DNA of 64,000 nucleotides from a virus (Duplodnaviria > Caudoviricetes): IMG/VR virus record IMGVR_UViG_3300025413_001239, one strand, 5' to 3'. Under the pieces are notes generated by a model. It was not told where the DNA came from. It saw only the letters and a program-made list of their open reading frames with translations, and made no database searches. Shown here in pieces: positions 22,919 to 33,226 of the stretch (positions are counted from its first letter, which is position 1; every line of letters starts with the position of its first letter). The translations under genes were made by a program, and so were the position numbers.

Positions 22919-22996
22919 TAAATAAATACCAGGAAAAAGTTTGACTTTTCATAATTTTTTCGTATATTTGCATATCTGTAAGATAATAATAATATA

Positions 22997-23842
22997 TTGA
23001 AATATGAAAAATTAATGGTAAATAAGTTTGTGAATTTTGAAGATGAGGATTGTTTAGTAAAGTACTTTAAGGATGTTAGAAAATCTAAAATTTTAACTTT
23101 AGATGAAGAAGTTAAGATTGCTGAAGAGATAAAATCTGGGAATTTAGATTCGGTGGATATTTTGGTTAAGGCTAATTTAAAATTTGTTGTTTCTATAGCA
23201 AAAGAATACCAAAATCAAGGATTACCACTATCTGATTTAATTAGTGAGGGTAACTTTGGTTTAATAAAAGCGGCAACAAGATTTGACCACACTCGTGGGT
23301 TCCGATTTATATCCTATGCCGTTTGGTGGATAAGGCAATCAATCATTCAAAGCCTTAACGATAATGCTAGAATGGTACGTTTACCAGCAAACATAATTAA
23401 CAAATTGAATAGTCTTAAAAAAGAAATCGAAAAGTTTGAATCAGATAATGAACGTGAACCAATTTATGGTGATATATTAGATGAAAATTCTGAAGCTGTC
23501 GACTTAACCATTTATTCTAGGTGTTCATCATTAAACGATATTATCAACGAAGATGGTGATGAACTTATCGATTTAATATCATCACCTAACGATGATGATA
23601 AATTGATTGTTAATGATAAACTTAAAAATAAAATCAATGAAACTCTTTCAATACTAAGTGAAAGAGAACGAATCATAATTGAAAATTATTATGGTATAAA
23701 CACTGATTGTGAACCAATGACACTTGAGGTCATAGGTGAAAAGTTTTCATTAACTAAAGAAAGAATCAGACAAATTAAAGAAAAATCCCTAAGAAAATTA
23801 AGACACAATGCTCATAATTTATACAACTTAATTAATGAGTGA
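22997..23842 (+). CDS. Sigma-70 family RNA polymerase sigma factor (RpoD/RpoS-like)
   Basis: LVKANLKFVVSIAKEY, DLISEGNFGLIKAA.RFD, FISYAVWWIRQ, TLEVIG..ERIRQI. Confidence 0.92.
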   Translation: MKYEKLMVNKFVNFEDEDCLVKYFKDVRKSKILTLDEEVKIAEEIKSGNLDSVDILVKANLKFVVSIAKEYQNQGLPLSDLISEGNFGLIKAATRFDHTRGFRFISYAVWWIRQSIIQSLNDNARMVRLPANIINKLNSLKKEIEKFESDNEREPIYGDILDENSEAVDLTIYSRCSSLNDIINEDGDELIDLISSPNDDDKLIVNDKLKNKINETLSILSERERIIIENYYGINTDCEPMTLEVIGEKFSLTKERIRQIKEKSLRKLRHNAHNLYNLINE

Positions 23843-23854
23843 TATTTATATAAT

Positions 23855-25150
23855 ATGAAATTTAAGTTTAGCTTTTTAGTTGCTTTAGCTGCCACACTTG
23901 TTGCAGGCTGTTCCGCTTACTATTCAGTTTTTGGTCTTAGTCAATTATTCGCTGGTGCCAGTCTTTCAGTTATACTTATGGCATCTAGTCTTGAATTTAG
24001 TAAAGTAATAGCTGTTAGTATTTTAGAGAAGTATTGGAATAAAATTGGTAAAACCTTAAGAGTTTATTTAATTATTGGTGTTACCATTTTAGTTTGTATA
24101 ACATCCGCAGGTATCTATGGTTTTCTATCCAATGCCTATCAAAAAACAGCTTCTAATGTCGAAATGTCAGATGCTGCTTTAGGTGTTCTTAATAATAAAA
24201 AATCACTATTTGAAAAAAATATTACAGATAACCAAAAAATAATTGAAACAAAATCCAATAGAGTATCACAACTATCAAACCTTAGAAATGTTCAAGAAGG
24301 TAGAATTGATGCGGCTATTACAAATTCAAATAAAAACAAAGCTAGAGCAGATATTGATGCATCTTCCAAAGAGGTTCAATTATTAAATAGCGAAATTGAC
24401 GTTTTAAACGCTAAAAACGCCGTGTTATCTGACTCAGTGAATGTTTATGCTAATAAGGCAATTGAGGTCAAATCTAAGGCTAATTCAACTAGTGAAATAG
24501 GTCCATTGAAGTACCTTGCTCAATTGACTGGTTACCCAATGGATAAAATCATCAACTGGTTTATCCTTCTTTTAATTTTTGTATTTGACCCATTAGCGGT
24601 TGCATTGGTTGTTGCGACTAATAAGGTCCTAGAAATTGAAAAAGAAAATACTGAGACTAAAGAAGACGATGGTATATATGGTGTAGACTTACAACCATGG
24701 CCACCCACGCCAATGCATGCGATACTAACAAAAAATACAACAAGAGAAGAACCGCCATTTGTAAGTGACGATTTTCAAATAGGTCCAGATGGTGCGTATG
24801 AATACATTGAAGAACCACCATTTGAAGAAGAAGCTATAGAAGAACCAATTATTGAAGAACCAATTATTGAAGAACCAATTATTGAAGAAGAAGCTATAGA
24901 AGAATTCATAGAAGAACCAACAATAGAACCAACAATAGAACCAATAATAGAACCAGCAATAGAGGAGCCAATTATTGAAACTAAAGTTGAAGAACCAGTG
25001 GTGTATAAGCCTGATTATGTCATTCCAAATGGTAAGATTAAACTTGAAGACATAAAAGAAAAAAAGTTAGAAACCAATAGAGGATTTTCTAAGGATATAC
25101 CAACAATTAAAAATACAGTAGAACACATTGGTGTTAATAAATATCGTTAA
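23855..25150 (+). CDS. Multi-pass membrane protein with coiled coil and acidic EEPII repeat tail
   Basis: Three N-terminal and one later hydrophobic helices, coiled coil, E/P/I repeat. Confidence 0.65.
   Translation: MKFKFSFLVALAATLVAGCSAYYSVFGLSQLFAGASLSVILMASSLEFSKVIAVSILEKYWNKIGKTLRVYLIIGVTILVCITSAGIYGFLSNAYQKTASNVEMSDAALGVLNNKKSLFEKNITDNQKIIETKSNRVSQLSNLRNVQEGRIDAAITNSNKNKARADIDASSKEVQLLNSEIDVLNAKNAVLSDSVNVYANKAIEVKSKANSTSEIGPLKYLAQLTGYPMDKIINWFILLLIFVFDPLAVALVVATNKVLEIEKENTETKEDDGIYGVDLQPWPPTPMHAILTKNTTREEPPFVSDDFQIGPDGAYEYIEEPPFEEEAIEEPIIEEPIIEEPIIEEEAIEEFIEEPTIEPTIEPIIEPAIEEPIIETKVEEPVVYKPDYVIPNGKIKLEDIKEKKLETNRGFSKDIPTIKNTVEHIGVNKYR
24825..24980 (+). repeat. 15-nt coding tandem repeat (EEPII-type)
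   Basis: GAAGAACCAATTATT and variants repeated about ten times in frame. Confidence 0.85.
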
Positions 25151-25164
25151 AATTTATCTTATAA

Positions 25165-25779
25165 ATGGAAATTAATAATCAATATGTGTTACCAGATAAT
25201 AATTACATAAAAACCGAAACAACTAAAAAATCAATTATCCTTGGTAATTTTTCTGCGAGTCCAGATAAAAATTACGTAAAGTGGACGAGTAGATATAACA
25301 GTAATTATAAAAAGACTGCTGCATTTACGATAGATATTAGTGGTTGTGTTTATAATCACTTTGACCCAATTTATTATTCAAATATCCTTGGAAATATTGA
25401 TTTAGATAAAAGAAATATTGTTATTTTACTGGAGAATGAAGGTTGGTTAACTAAAAATGTTAATGAAAATAAATTTATTGATTGGGTTGGTCATATTTAT
25501 AATAGAGATGGTGTTATAGTTGAAAAAAAATGGCGTGGACAATCATATTGGGCCCCTTATTCTGATGAACAAGTAGTTTCAACTATAAAATTAATCACTA
25601 AATTATGTGCTGATTATAACATAAATAAAGTTGCAATTCCACATAATACAAAAATAGATAACCCCGATGAATACGAAGGTATTTTTTATAAGAGTAATCT
25701 AGAAAAACATCATACTGATTTAAGTCCAGCTTGGTCGTGTGAAGATTTCAAAAGTAAATTAGAAGAATATGAAAAATAA
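25165..25779 (+). CDS. N-acetylmuramoyl-L-alanine amidase-like protein (first Zn-ligand His absent)
   Basis: AAFTIDISG, IVILLENEG, YSDEQ, IPH, HTDLSP; IILGN where IxxH is expected. Confidence 0.6.
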   Translation: MEINNQYVLPDNNYIKTETTKKSIILGNFSASPDKNYVKWTSRYNSNYKKTAAFTIDISGCVYNHFDPIYYSNILGNIDLDKRNIVILLENEGWLTKNVNENKFIDWVGHIYNRDGVIVEKKWRGQSYWAPYSDEQVVSTIKLITKLCADYNINKVAIPHNTKIDNPDEYEGIFYKSNLEKHHTDLSPAWSCEDFKSKLEEYEK

Positions 25780-26221
25780 AGAATTGCTTAACGAGCATGA
25801 ACAAACCAAAATGATGCTTGAATTCATTAGAAGTAACAGTTCTAAAAGAATTATCCAAGAAAGTGACGATGTTATTTCACCATCAGAAAATGATTCAGTA
25901 TACACTGATGAATTAAAGAAATTATCTGATACGGTAGACCCAAGAGTTCAAATAAGTAAATTTAAAATTTACCCTAGAGATAGAGATGTTCAATTGGATG
26001 GTAGATTGGATTCTGGTGTTAATTTCTTCATGTCAACCAAGGCCATGAAATTAAAGATTTCAATAACAGATGACCAAGGTAAAACTGCTGAAATTTATTT
26101 AGATGATGAATTACTTTCAACTATTCAAAAGTTAAATGGTTATTATGAAAATTGGACTAGAGAATGGGCGACAAAGTTAACTACTGAATATAAACCAAAG
26201 AATAATACCAACCAAAATTAA
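25769..26221 (+). CDS. Hypothetical protein
   Basis: 150 aa, overlaps previous stop. Confidence 0.6.
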   Translation: MKNKELLNEHEQTKMMLEFIRSNSSKRIIQESDDVISPSENDSVYTDELKKLSDTVDPRVQISKFKIYPRDRDVQLDGRLDSGVNFFMSTKAMKLKISITDDQGKTAEIYLDDELLSTIQKLNGYYENWTREWATKLTTEYKPKNNTNQN

Positions 26222-26225
26222 TCTT

Positions 26226-26612
26226 ATGCAAAATTTAAATATTAAAAGGTTATTGGTTGACATAATACTCATAGTTGGTATTTTTATTGCAATTTTTATT
26301 GGGTATAAAATATATAACAAATCTGATAATTCAACACCAGAACAACTTAAACAAACACTTATCGAAAATAAAAAAATTCAAGATAAGATAGATTCTATTA
26401 GTAGATATAATAAATCACTTATGAATAGAATATATAGTTTAGAGGTTGCTCAAACTGATGTTTATGATGTTATAAATCAAAATAATTCTTTAATAAAAGA
26501 AAATACTAATAAATTAGATAAATTAAAAAAATCATATGAAGAAAAAATTGATTCTGTTAACAACTATTCTATTTACCAGCTTGATAGCTTTTTCACAAAG
26601 CGATACCCTTAA
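26226..26612 (+). CDS. N-anchored membrane coiled-coil protein (i-spanin-like)
   Basis: One N-terminal TM helix then coiled coil; overlaps next gene. Confidence 0.45.
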   Translation: MQNLNIKRLLVDIILIVGIFIAIFIGYKIYNKSDNSTPEQLKQTLIENKKIQDKIDSISRYNKSLMNRIYSLEVAQTDVYDVINQNNSLIKENTNKLDKLKKSYEEKIDSVNNYSIYQLDSFFTKRYP

Positions 26613-26952
26613 GATAACTAAGAGAGCTGGTATTGGTGCTATTAAAGACATATTAAAAAAAGATATGTTAGAACATGAGGTTAATTCTTTAAATAAAAAT
26701 ATAAGCATTTACCAAGATAATTTAAAATTAAAGGATAGCATTATTACATCAAAAACAACTGAAATTAATCTATTTAAGTTAAGAGATACAATGTCTCAAA
26801 AAATTATTTCATTGAACGATGAACAAAAAAACAATCTAAATAAATCAATTAAAGAATTGAATGATGAACTTAAAAAAGAAAAGAAGAAAGTTACCATAAC
26901 AACAATTGGTGGTATCGCACTTGCTTTTTTAGTTTATATGATTGCGAAGTAA
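26536..26952 (+). CDS. Signal-peptide coiled-coil protein with C-terminal TM (spanin-like)
   Basis: MKKKLILLTTILFTSLIAFS signal, coiled coil, C-terminal hydrophobic helix; no lipobox Cys. Confidence 0.45.
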   Translation: MKKKLILLTTILFTSLIAFSQSDTLKITKRAGIGAIKDILKKDMLEHEVNSLNKNISIYQDNLKLKDSIITSKTTEINLFKLRDTMSQKIISLNDEQKNNLNKSIKELNDELKKEKKKVTITTIGGIALAFLVYMIAK

Positions 26953-26977
26953 TAATATTTACGAATAAACTATTAAA

Positions 26978-27002
26978 TGGGACTTAAAAAGTCTCATTTT
27001 TT
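26978..27002 (+). terminator. Intrinsic terminator
   Basis: TGGGACT-TAAAA-AGTCTCA followed by T run. Confidence 0.6.
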
Positions 27003-27042
27003 GTTTAAATACGTATATTTATATAAAAACAAATATTTCTAA

Positions 27043-27279
27043 ATGAAAATTAAAGAAGATATAACAAAATCTGACATTGATAAGGGTATTAAAGTTTTTA
27101 TTGATAGTTCTGCATTCAAATCAAAAATTGAGAAAATTGTTAAAGATAGACTTAAAAATGAAAAAGAATTGGAGGACAAAGTTGTTGAAATAACAAAAAA
27201 TGTATTAACACAATTATATAAAACACTTTGGACCAAACGTGGTTTCTGGAAAAGTGGTCTTTCAAATAAAGCAGATTAA
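27043..27279 (+). CDS. Hypothetical protein
   Basis: 78 aa after TATTTAT motif. Confidence 0.65.
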   Translation: MKIKEDITKSDIDKGIKVFIDSSAFKSKIEKIVKDRLKNEKELEDKVVEITKNVLTQLYKTLWTKRGFWKSGLSNKAD

Positions 27280-27281
27280 AT

Positions 27282-28871
27282 ATGAAAAAGGTAAAAATAA
27301 CCGAATCACAGTATAATAAATTATTTACTAGTAATTTAGATGAATCAACAGAAGTTAAAGGTGGAATAAACAGAGTTAATAAACAATTTAAAAAAGCTTT
27401 CGCTGGTTCTGGTGTTAAGAATTTATCTGAAGATAACTTTGATATTAAAGCACCTATACCAGGTATTCCAAACTCAAAAATGAAAATGCAGAAAGAACCA
27501 TCAAGTCTTGATGAAAACATTTTAAATCCAGAGGTTCAACAAGCTGTTAGTCATCTTATCCATAACATATGGTTAAACCCATCACAACATGGCTTAAGTC
27601 CATTTTTTAAACAAAATGGTATAACTTGGGGTGATATTATGGATTATTTAACAGCTGTTGGTGTTGTTAGTGGTGTTGCTGGTGGTGGAATTAAATTAAG
27701 AAATTATTTTAATACAAAATTTAATAAAAACCCAAAAATCGCTGAAAAAGAAAAAGAACTTGAGGTTAAAAAAATAGCTGATGATATAGCTAAAGATAAA
27801 AAAGCACCTTGGAATAAAATAAATAATCAGGCTCCTTCTGCTAACACCTATAATCCAAATAGGTTTAAGCCACTTACATCAACATCTAATGATGAAAAAG
27901 CAGCAATGATGCCATACTTAGACCCAGATAATGAGGGTATGCCATTTTTGCCAGATGACCCAAACTATACAAATCGCTCAACCTCTAACGACCCAGAAGA
28001 TTTAAAGCCATACTTAGACCCAGATAATGAGGGTATGCCATTTAAAAATACTGACGAACAATTTAGTCCAGAATCGGAAAATAATCAAATGTTTAAACCA
28101 GTTGGGATGAATAAGGATATTGTGATTTTAAATGGACCAGATGGCTTATATGTATTTGATTACGATAATCTAAAATTAGATGGGTTAAACGCTAATCAAC
28201 TTGCACAATATGTTAATAAAAACTTTAAATCATTATCAAGAGGTAGAGGTTTAAAAGATTTAGATACTGGCATTGATTTAATTAAAATGGATGAAAAGTT
28301 AAGGGAAAAATTAGCTGTTATTTATGGTAAAGATAAACAATTCGTTCACTTATTAAATAGAGTTGAAGAAATGACTGGTGCTGCTAGTTCTGGTGCATTT
28401 ACTGGTCCTTTAGGTGGTTCTGGCAACGGCCCAAAGATTGATAAAAATAATACACCAGCAAATGCTTTAATTTCAGATGAGGAAGAATTTCTTGGTGGTA
28501 AAAAAATCGAAGAAATGACAACAGCCTCTACTGGTAATGCACAATCTAGTGCCTCTGGACAATATGTTCAACCAGCTATTTGGGCTAAAAATGAAAAGAA
28601 TTTTGCTGGTAATAAAAAAACTCAGTACCCTAACGGTGAAATGGTTAAATTTGACCCATGTACTAGACTTAACAATAATAAATCAGCCCAAAATGGTAAG
28701 TGTAGTCAAGGTGCGGTAGATAATGTTGTTAAAACATATAAAACGAAGGATTCTGTAATTTCAAAAGCAAATACAACAGTATATGAAACAATTGCAAAGA
28801 AGACTGGTAAAAGTGTAAAAGAAGTTAAAAGAATTATTGAAACAAAAGTTCTTAAGAACAAACCTTTATAA
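27282..28871 (+). CDS. Putative head-internal protein
   Basis: MKKVKITESQY start, low complexity, EEM-x-(T/G)-A-x-S-G repeats. Confidence 0.5.
   Translation: MKKVKITESQYNKLFTSNLDESTEVKGGINRVNKQFKKAFAGSGVKNLSEDNFDIKAPIPGIPNSKMKMQKEPSSLDENILNPEVQQAVSHLIHNIWLNPSQHGLSPFFKQNGITWGDIMDYLTAVGVVSGVAGGGIKLRNYFNTKFNKNPKIAEKEKELEVKKIADDIAKDKKAPWNKINNQAPSANTYNPNRFKPLTSTSNDEKAAMMPYLDPDNEGMPFLPDDPNYTNRSTSNDPEDLKPYLDPDNEGMPFKNTDEQFSPESENNQMFKPVGMNKDIVILNGPDGLYVFDYDNLKLDGLNANQLAQYVNKNFKSLSRGRGLKDLDTGIDLIKMDEKLREKLAVIYGKDKQFVHLLNRVEEMTGAASSGAFTGPLGGSGNGPKIDKNNTPANALISDEEEFLGGKKIEEMTTASTGNAQSSASGQYVQPAIWAKNEKNFAGNKKTQYPNGEMVKFDPCTRLNNNKSAQNGKCSQGAVDNVVKTYKTKDSVISKANTTVYETIAKKTGKSVKEVKRIIETKVLKNKPL
27911..28043 (+). 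repeat. 37-nt exact direct repeat, 96-nt period (PYLDPDNEGMPF)
   Basis: GCCATACTTAGACCCAGATAATGAGGGTATGCCATTT at 27911 and 28007. Confidence 0.9.
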
Positions 28872-28903
28872 AAAACTTAGATATTTATTATAAAATAACA
28901 AAC

Positions 28904-30493
28904 ATGGATAAAAACATAATCAAGGATTATTTATCAAGTACTTTCTTAAGTGAAGCAAAAAAAGATGCTAAACCAAAAGATAATAATGGTAAATCAACTA
29001 AAGTTGTTAATATTGCTGAACCAACACAAGAAAAAAAAGCTGCTAAAGGAACACAAGGTGTACCTGGTGTTAAGGTTACTGATAAGTACAATAAACAAAG
29101 TGGTAAATCTAATAAAGAAGGTGTTGGTGCTATTGCTAAGGATATGAAAGCTTACGAAGCCCCATTAACTAAGCCAGATGCTAACGCTAGTGAAATGTCA
29201 CCTAACAAATTCAACTATAAAGACGATAAAGAAAAAACATATCATGATGAAGTCGAAATCATGAATGGTATGGAAATGCTTCAATACGATAGAACACCTG
29301 ATGATAACTTTAGAGATAGAGCTATGGAAGCAATTGAAGGTAGTTCAAGAATGGGTAATAACCCAGATTGGGCTAACGTTGTTGTTAAGGGTTGGGGTGG
29401 TGATAAAGAATTTGGTAAGAATCTTGTTAAGAGAATCAAAGCTTCTTCTAAGAAACGTTCAGAACAAACTCCAACTGCTTGGATGCAAGGTAAAAGTAAT
29501 GTTGTTGACGTAAAAGATAATGGTCATAAACCTTATGCACTTGAAAGTTTTAACAAAAAATCAACAATTAAAGAAGACATGAATAACCAATTACAAGCTT
29601 CTGAAATAGTAACAAATAAAAATGAAAATGCTCTACAAGAGTCAAATAAAAATAAAAAACAACCAATGAAAAGACTTAAATTTAAAAAAGAATTTAACGG
29701 CGTAGGAAACGCACTTAAATTAATCCCTGAAAGCTACAAAGTAGATAATAAGGTGTTTGAAATGACTGACGGTAACGAATCTTATAAAGTTCGTTGGGAA
29801 GGTTCATTAACTGAAGGTGCAGCTGTTATATTAACTGCTTCCGATAAAAAAGTTGTTAACGAAGACATTCAAAGAATGAAAGCTTTATTCAATTACAAAT
29901 CTGAAGACACTCTTGGTGTTGTTAAGGGCAAAGCTAGAGTTGATGAAAATGCTAAATTTACCGATGTTTGGAATAAAACAAAAAACCTTCTTAGCGAATC
30001 TTTTAATGATGATGAACTTGAAGGTCCAGAAGAATGGGAAGACGCTGTAAAACACGCCCCAGAAGCTAAAAAACACATGGTACAACCAAGTTCAATGGAA
30101 AATGGTCACCAAGCACCAGCACCAAAAGAAGGTATTTGGGGTAAAGAAAAAATGGCACATTCTCCAGAAGGTAAAAAACACATGGTACAACCAAGTTCAA
30201 TGGAAAATGGTCACCAAGCACCAGCACCAAAACAAGGTCATTGGGATGAAATCAAAATTAAAGGTACAACTGGTGTAAAAAATACTGCATCAAAAGAAAT
30301 TACAAGTCAAGCTAAAAAACAAACAACAGCTGAATTTGGTAGTGCTTTAAAACATGCACCAGAAGCAACTAAAAATATTCAAGGTTCAGCCCCAAAAGAT
30401 AAACAAGCATCTAAACCTAAAACAGGTGATTGGGATACAGCTAAAAAAGGTCAAGCTCCAGAAGCGAGTAAAAACTTAAAAAAAAAAGCATAA
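28904..30493 (+). CDS. Putative head-internal/scaffold-like K/E-rich protein
   Basis: 529 aa, TATTTAT motif upstream, internal repeats. Confidence 0.5.
   Translation: MDKNIIKDYLSSTFLSEAKKDAKPKDNNGKSTKVVNIAEPTQEKKAAKGTQGVPGVKVTDKYNKQSGKSNKEGVGAIAKDMKAYEAPLTKPDANASEMSPNKFNYKDDKEKTYHDEVEIMNGMEMLQYDRTPDDNFRDRAMEAIEGSSRMGNNPDWANVVVKGWGGDKEFGKNLVKRIKASSKKRSEQTPTAWMQGKSNVVDVKDNGHKPYALESFNKKSTIKEDMNNQLQASEIVTNKNENALQESNKNKKQPMKRLKFKKEFNGVGNALKLIPESYKVDNKVFEMTDGNESYKVRWEGSLTEGAAVILTASDKKVVNEDIQRMKALFNYKSEDTLGVVKGKARVDENAKFTDVWNKTKNLLSESFNDDELEGPEEWEDAVKHAPEAKKHMVQPSSMENGHQAPAPKEGIWGKEKMAHSPEGKKHMVQPSSMENGHQAPAPKQGHWDEIKIKGTTGVKNTASKEITSQAKKQTTAEFGSALKHAPEATKNIQGSAPKDKQASKPKTGDWDTAKKGQAPEASKNLKKKA
30067..30232 (+). 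repeat. 61-nt exact direct repeat, 105-nt period (KKHMVQPSSMENGHQAPAPK)
   Basis: Identical at 30067-30127 and 30172-30232. Confidence 0.9.
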
Positions 30494-30504
30494 GTGAAAA
30501 CCAA

Positions 30505-30786
30505 ATGGATGAAGCTTATAGACACAAAGTAAATAAAAAATATAAATACTTTGCGGTTAGAAAAGCTGATAATAAAATCTTAACAGGGTTTGAATTGATT
30601 AGTGATGTTGAAAGCCTTAAGTACTATGCTAAATTAGATATAATCGACTTAGAACAAAATCCAAAAGATTACAAACTACTATCAAAAGAATTCTTATTAA
30701 GAAATGGTATTGACCCATTTAATTGGGATAATTGGATTAAAACAGATGTTCCAAATAATGATGAAAATCCAGAAGTAACAAGTTAA
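30505..30786 (+). CDS. Hypothetical protein
   Basis: 93-aa ORF followed by terminator. Confidence 0.6.
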   Translation: MDEAYRHKVNKKYKYFAVRKADNKILTGFELISDVESLKYYAKLDIIDLEQNPKDYKLLSKEFLLRNGIDPFNWDNWIKTDVPNNDENPEVTS

Positions 30787-30798
30787 AATATTTAAAAT

Positions 30799-30826
30799 AA
30801 AAGCCCCAGAATTTCTGGGGTTTTTT
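30799..30826 (+). terminator. Intrinsic terminator
   Basis: AGCCCCAGA-ATT-TCTGGGGTT plus T run. Confidence 0.8.
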
Positions 30827-30893
30827 ATTTATTGTTGATATTTATTAAATGTATAGATATTGATTCTTTTTATGTCTGTAGTATACTAGTGTT

Positions 30894-31364
30894 ATGATAA
30901 ATAAAAATAAAACTTTAGAGCTCTTGAACTACATTAACAAACCGATGAGTAGAGAAAACATCGCAATACTATATACTAATAACAATATTAAGTATGAGAA
31001 ATGCGAGTTATTTAACGATTTTATACAATCGTTAATGATGCTTATTTTTGACACTTATATGGGTGATGACATAACTAACCCAACGGAACAAAAAAACCAT
31101 TTTAAATGGTGTTGGAATAAAAATGTGGATAACTTTAAAAAAGAAGGATTAATTATAGGTGATTACAAATCCTATAGTTATTTTATGGAATTTATGTGTG
31201 ATGTTTATTATCCAATAACCAAAAAAGAAAATCCACAATCAACTAAAAATTTACTAAAATTATGGGCCTTTATATTTGATTATAATAACCTTAAGAGTAA
31301 ATCAGATATTGATACACTAATCGAGGTTTATAAAATGTTAGATAATTCAATAACATTAAATTAA
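30894..31364 (+). CDS. Hypothetical protein
   Basis: 156-aa ORF. Confidence 0.65.
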   Translation: MINKNKTLELLNYINKPMSRENIAILYTNNNIKYEKCELFNDFIQSLMMLIFDTYMGDDITNPTEQKNHFKWCWNKNVDNFKKEGLIIGDYKSYSYFMEFMCDVYYPITKKENPQSTKNLLKLWAFIFDYNNLKSKSDIDTLIEVYKMLDNSITLN

Positions 31365-31411
31365 CCTATATAAACACTTGATTTTTTAAAATGTTTTAAT
31401 AAATTGTATTC

Positions 31412-31645
31412 ATGGATGCAAATAGAATTATTCAAATCGTGATAACAGAATTATCACTAGAAAACCTAAAACTTCAAGAATCTCTTGAAGTTGCAATAAA
31501 TAATGCTGAAACTATTGATGACAAAGTTAAAACTGTCAAAGAAATACTAGAAAAGATAGTAATTAATGAATCATCGTTAGTTAAGTTTCAAGCATTAGTT
31601 TCAAATAAAAATGATTTAAACCAAAAAGAAGATGGAAAAATTTAA
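31412..31645 (+). CDS. Hypothetical coiled-coil protein
   Basis: 77 aa, overlaps next gene. Confidence 0.55.
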   Translation: MDANRIIQIVITELSLENLKLQESLEVAINNAETIDDKVKTVKEILEKIVINESSLVKFQALVSNKNDLNQKEDGKI

Positions 31646-31817
31646 AGAATTAGAAGCAGCGGTTGCTTCAATGAAAGATGACGTAACTAAGTTTTACGAA
31701 AAGAATAACAGTTCAGCTGGTGTTAGAGTTAGAAAAACTCTTCAACTAGTTAAAGAACTTTCACAAGAAATAAGAAAGGAAATTTCTGAACAAAAAAGAG
31801 AAACAAAAACTGTATAG
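31632..31817 (+). CDS. Histone H1-like nucleoid protein (Hc1 family)
   Basis: D..KFYEK.N.SAGVRVRK.LQ.VK.L.QEIR matches Bacteroidota Hc1-like proteins. Confidence 0.7.
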   Translation: MEKFKELEAAVASMKDDVTKFYEKNNSSAGVRVRKTLQLVKELSQEIRKEISEQKRETKTV

Positions 31818-31819
31818 TA

Positions 31820-32032
31820 ATGTTAATTAATGTTTTTGATAGAATACTAATAATTTTGTTTTTTATGGCATTTTTTAATTCTGTAAGACACACATATTAT
31901 TTTATTCAAGCTTGGGTGACCTCAACAAATGAGGAACCCGTTAAATATAAAATATCCGATAAATCATTGTTTTTGTTAGGTGTATCAATTGCTTATATAC
32001 TTACAACAATTTTTACTGGTATAAAACTCTAA
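31820..32032 (+). CDS. Small two-TM membrane protein
   Basis: Two hydrophobic helices. Confidence 0.6.
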   Translation: MLINVFDRILIILFFMAFFNSVRHTYYFIQAWVTSTNEEPVKYKISDKSLFLLGVSIAYILTTIFTGIKL

Positions 32033-32041
32033 AAATTAAAA

Positions 32042-32794
32042 ATGGCAAAAATACAACAAACCCTAGATGCACTGCAACCTTATGTTATTGGTATTAGATA
32101 CATAGATGGTATGACGGTTGTTGATACAATTTTTAAAACTGGTTGGACACTTCCAGAATCTAAAACAATTAAAAAGGCTAAGGGTAATGATGAAAGTCTT
32201 AATTATTTTATGATTTTCAGTGATTTAAATGGTATCGGTCTTGATGAGATTTTAGATTATGTTTCAAACGTTATAAAAATAAATGTTGACCGTGAAAAGA
32301 AACATGAACTATTAAAGACTAAAGTAAACGAACTTAAAGAATTCTTCAAGAAACATACACTAGAAGATTTATCAAGGTTAAAATTTATCTTAAAAGAAGA
32401 AGAATTGATGCCAGAACTAAATGATTTCGATGTTGATGAACCAATTGAAGAATTAATCGAAGAAACAGTTTATACATCACCAGGTGTTTCAGTTATGGAA
32501 TCTGACGGTGATATGATTAAATACAACGCTGGGGAACAAGAAGCTATTCAAAATCACGTTGAGAATTTAACTGAAGAAGATAAAGAAATACTCGCTGAAG
32601 AAGCTAGAGCCGCTAATTATAGAAAGATGAAAGAAGCTGAAAAATTAGATGGTAAAATAAAGACAAAACAAAGGGTTGAATTACCACCAAGAAAAAAGAT
32701 AGCTGAAGCGATTATGTCAAATACACTTATGCCAGATTGCGATTGCGGAGAATTAGAAGCTTGTGAAAAATGTATAGAATTTAAAGACCTATAA
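32042..32794 (+). CDS. Hypothetical protein with C-terminal CxC..CxxC
   Basis: 250 aa; CDCGELEACEKC. Confidence 0.65.
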   Translation: MAKIQQTLDALQPYVIGIRYIDGMTVVDTIFKTGWTLPESKTIKKAKGNDESLNYFMIFSDLNGIGLDEILDYVSNVIKINVDREKKHELLKTKVNELKEFFKKHTLEDLSRLKFILKEEELMPELNDFDVDEPIEELIEETVYTSPGVSVMESDGDMIKYNAGEQEAIQNHVENLTEEDKEILAEEARAANYRKMKEAEKLDGKIKTKQRVELPPRKKIAEAIMSNTLMPDCDCGELEACEKCIEFKDL

Positions 32795-32796
32795 CT

Positions 32797-32824
32797 AAAA
32801 ACCCCAGATTTACTGGGGTTTTTT
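32797..32824. terminator. Bidirectional terminator between convergent genes
   Basis: AAAACCCCAG-ATTTA-CTGGGGTTTTTT. Confidence 0.8.
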
Positions 32825-33150
32825 TATTCATTATTAAAAGCTCTTTCTAAAGTTTCTTGTGCCGTATGTGTTACCCATACACCACCTGTTGATAACAATC
32901 CGTGTAAAAATACACTTAAATAAAAATTATTAATTGATAATGGGGTTTGATTCTTAGTTATAATCAATATACTTGAGATTACAAAACCCATCCAAGTACC
33001 TAAACACATTGGACAAGTAAATAACTTATATAAGCTGTAACCACCAGTTCCAAATCTAGCTAATGTATTTCTGAAACCTTCAAAAATTGAACCGTAAATT
33101 AAATTGTTACAAGCACCGTAACAAACCAAAATAAACATTAATGTATTCAT
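32824..33150 (-). CDS. DUF1360-like membrane protein
   Basis: LFTCPMCLGTWMG plus TM helices; likely start MNTLMF at 33150. Confidence 0.55.
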   Translation of the reverse strand: MNTLMFILVCYGACNNLIYGSIFEGFRNTLARFGTGGYSLYKLFTCPMCLGTWMGFVISSILIITKNQTPLSINNFYLSVFLHGLLSTGGVWVTHTAQETLERAFNNE

Positions 33151-33226
33151 ATATTTTTTTAAACAATTATAGTGTTTTACTTGAAAAAATAAATACTTGT
33201 GCGTATATTTGTAAAAAATCATAAAA

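Noticed and set aside
24825-30232. CRISPR array or DGR template/variable repeat pair
   Set aside because: Repeats are in-frame coding duplications without unique spacers or adenine-specific mismatches; no cas or RT gene in the window.
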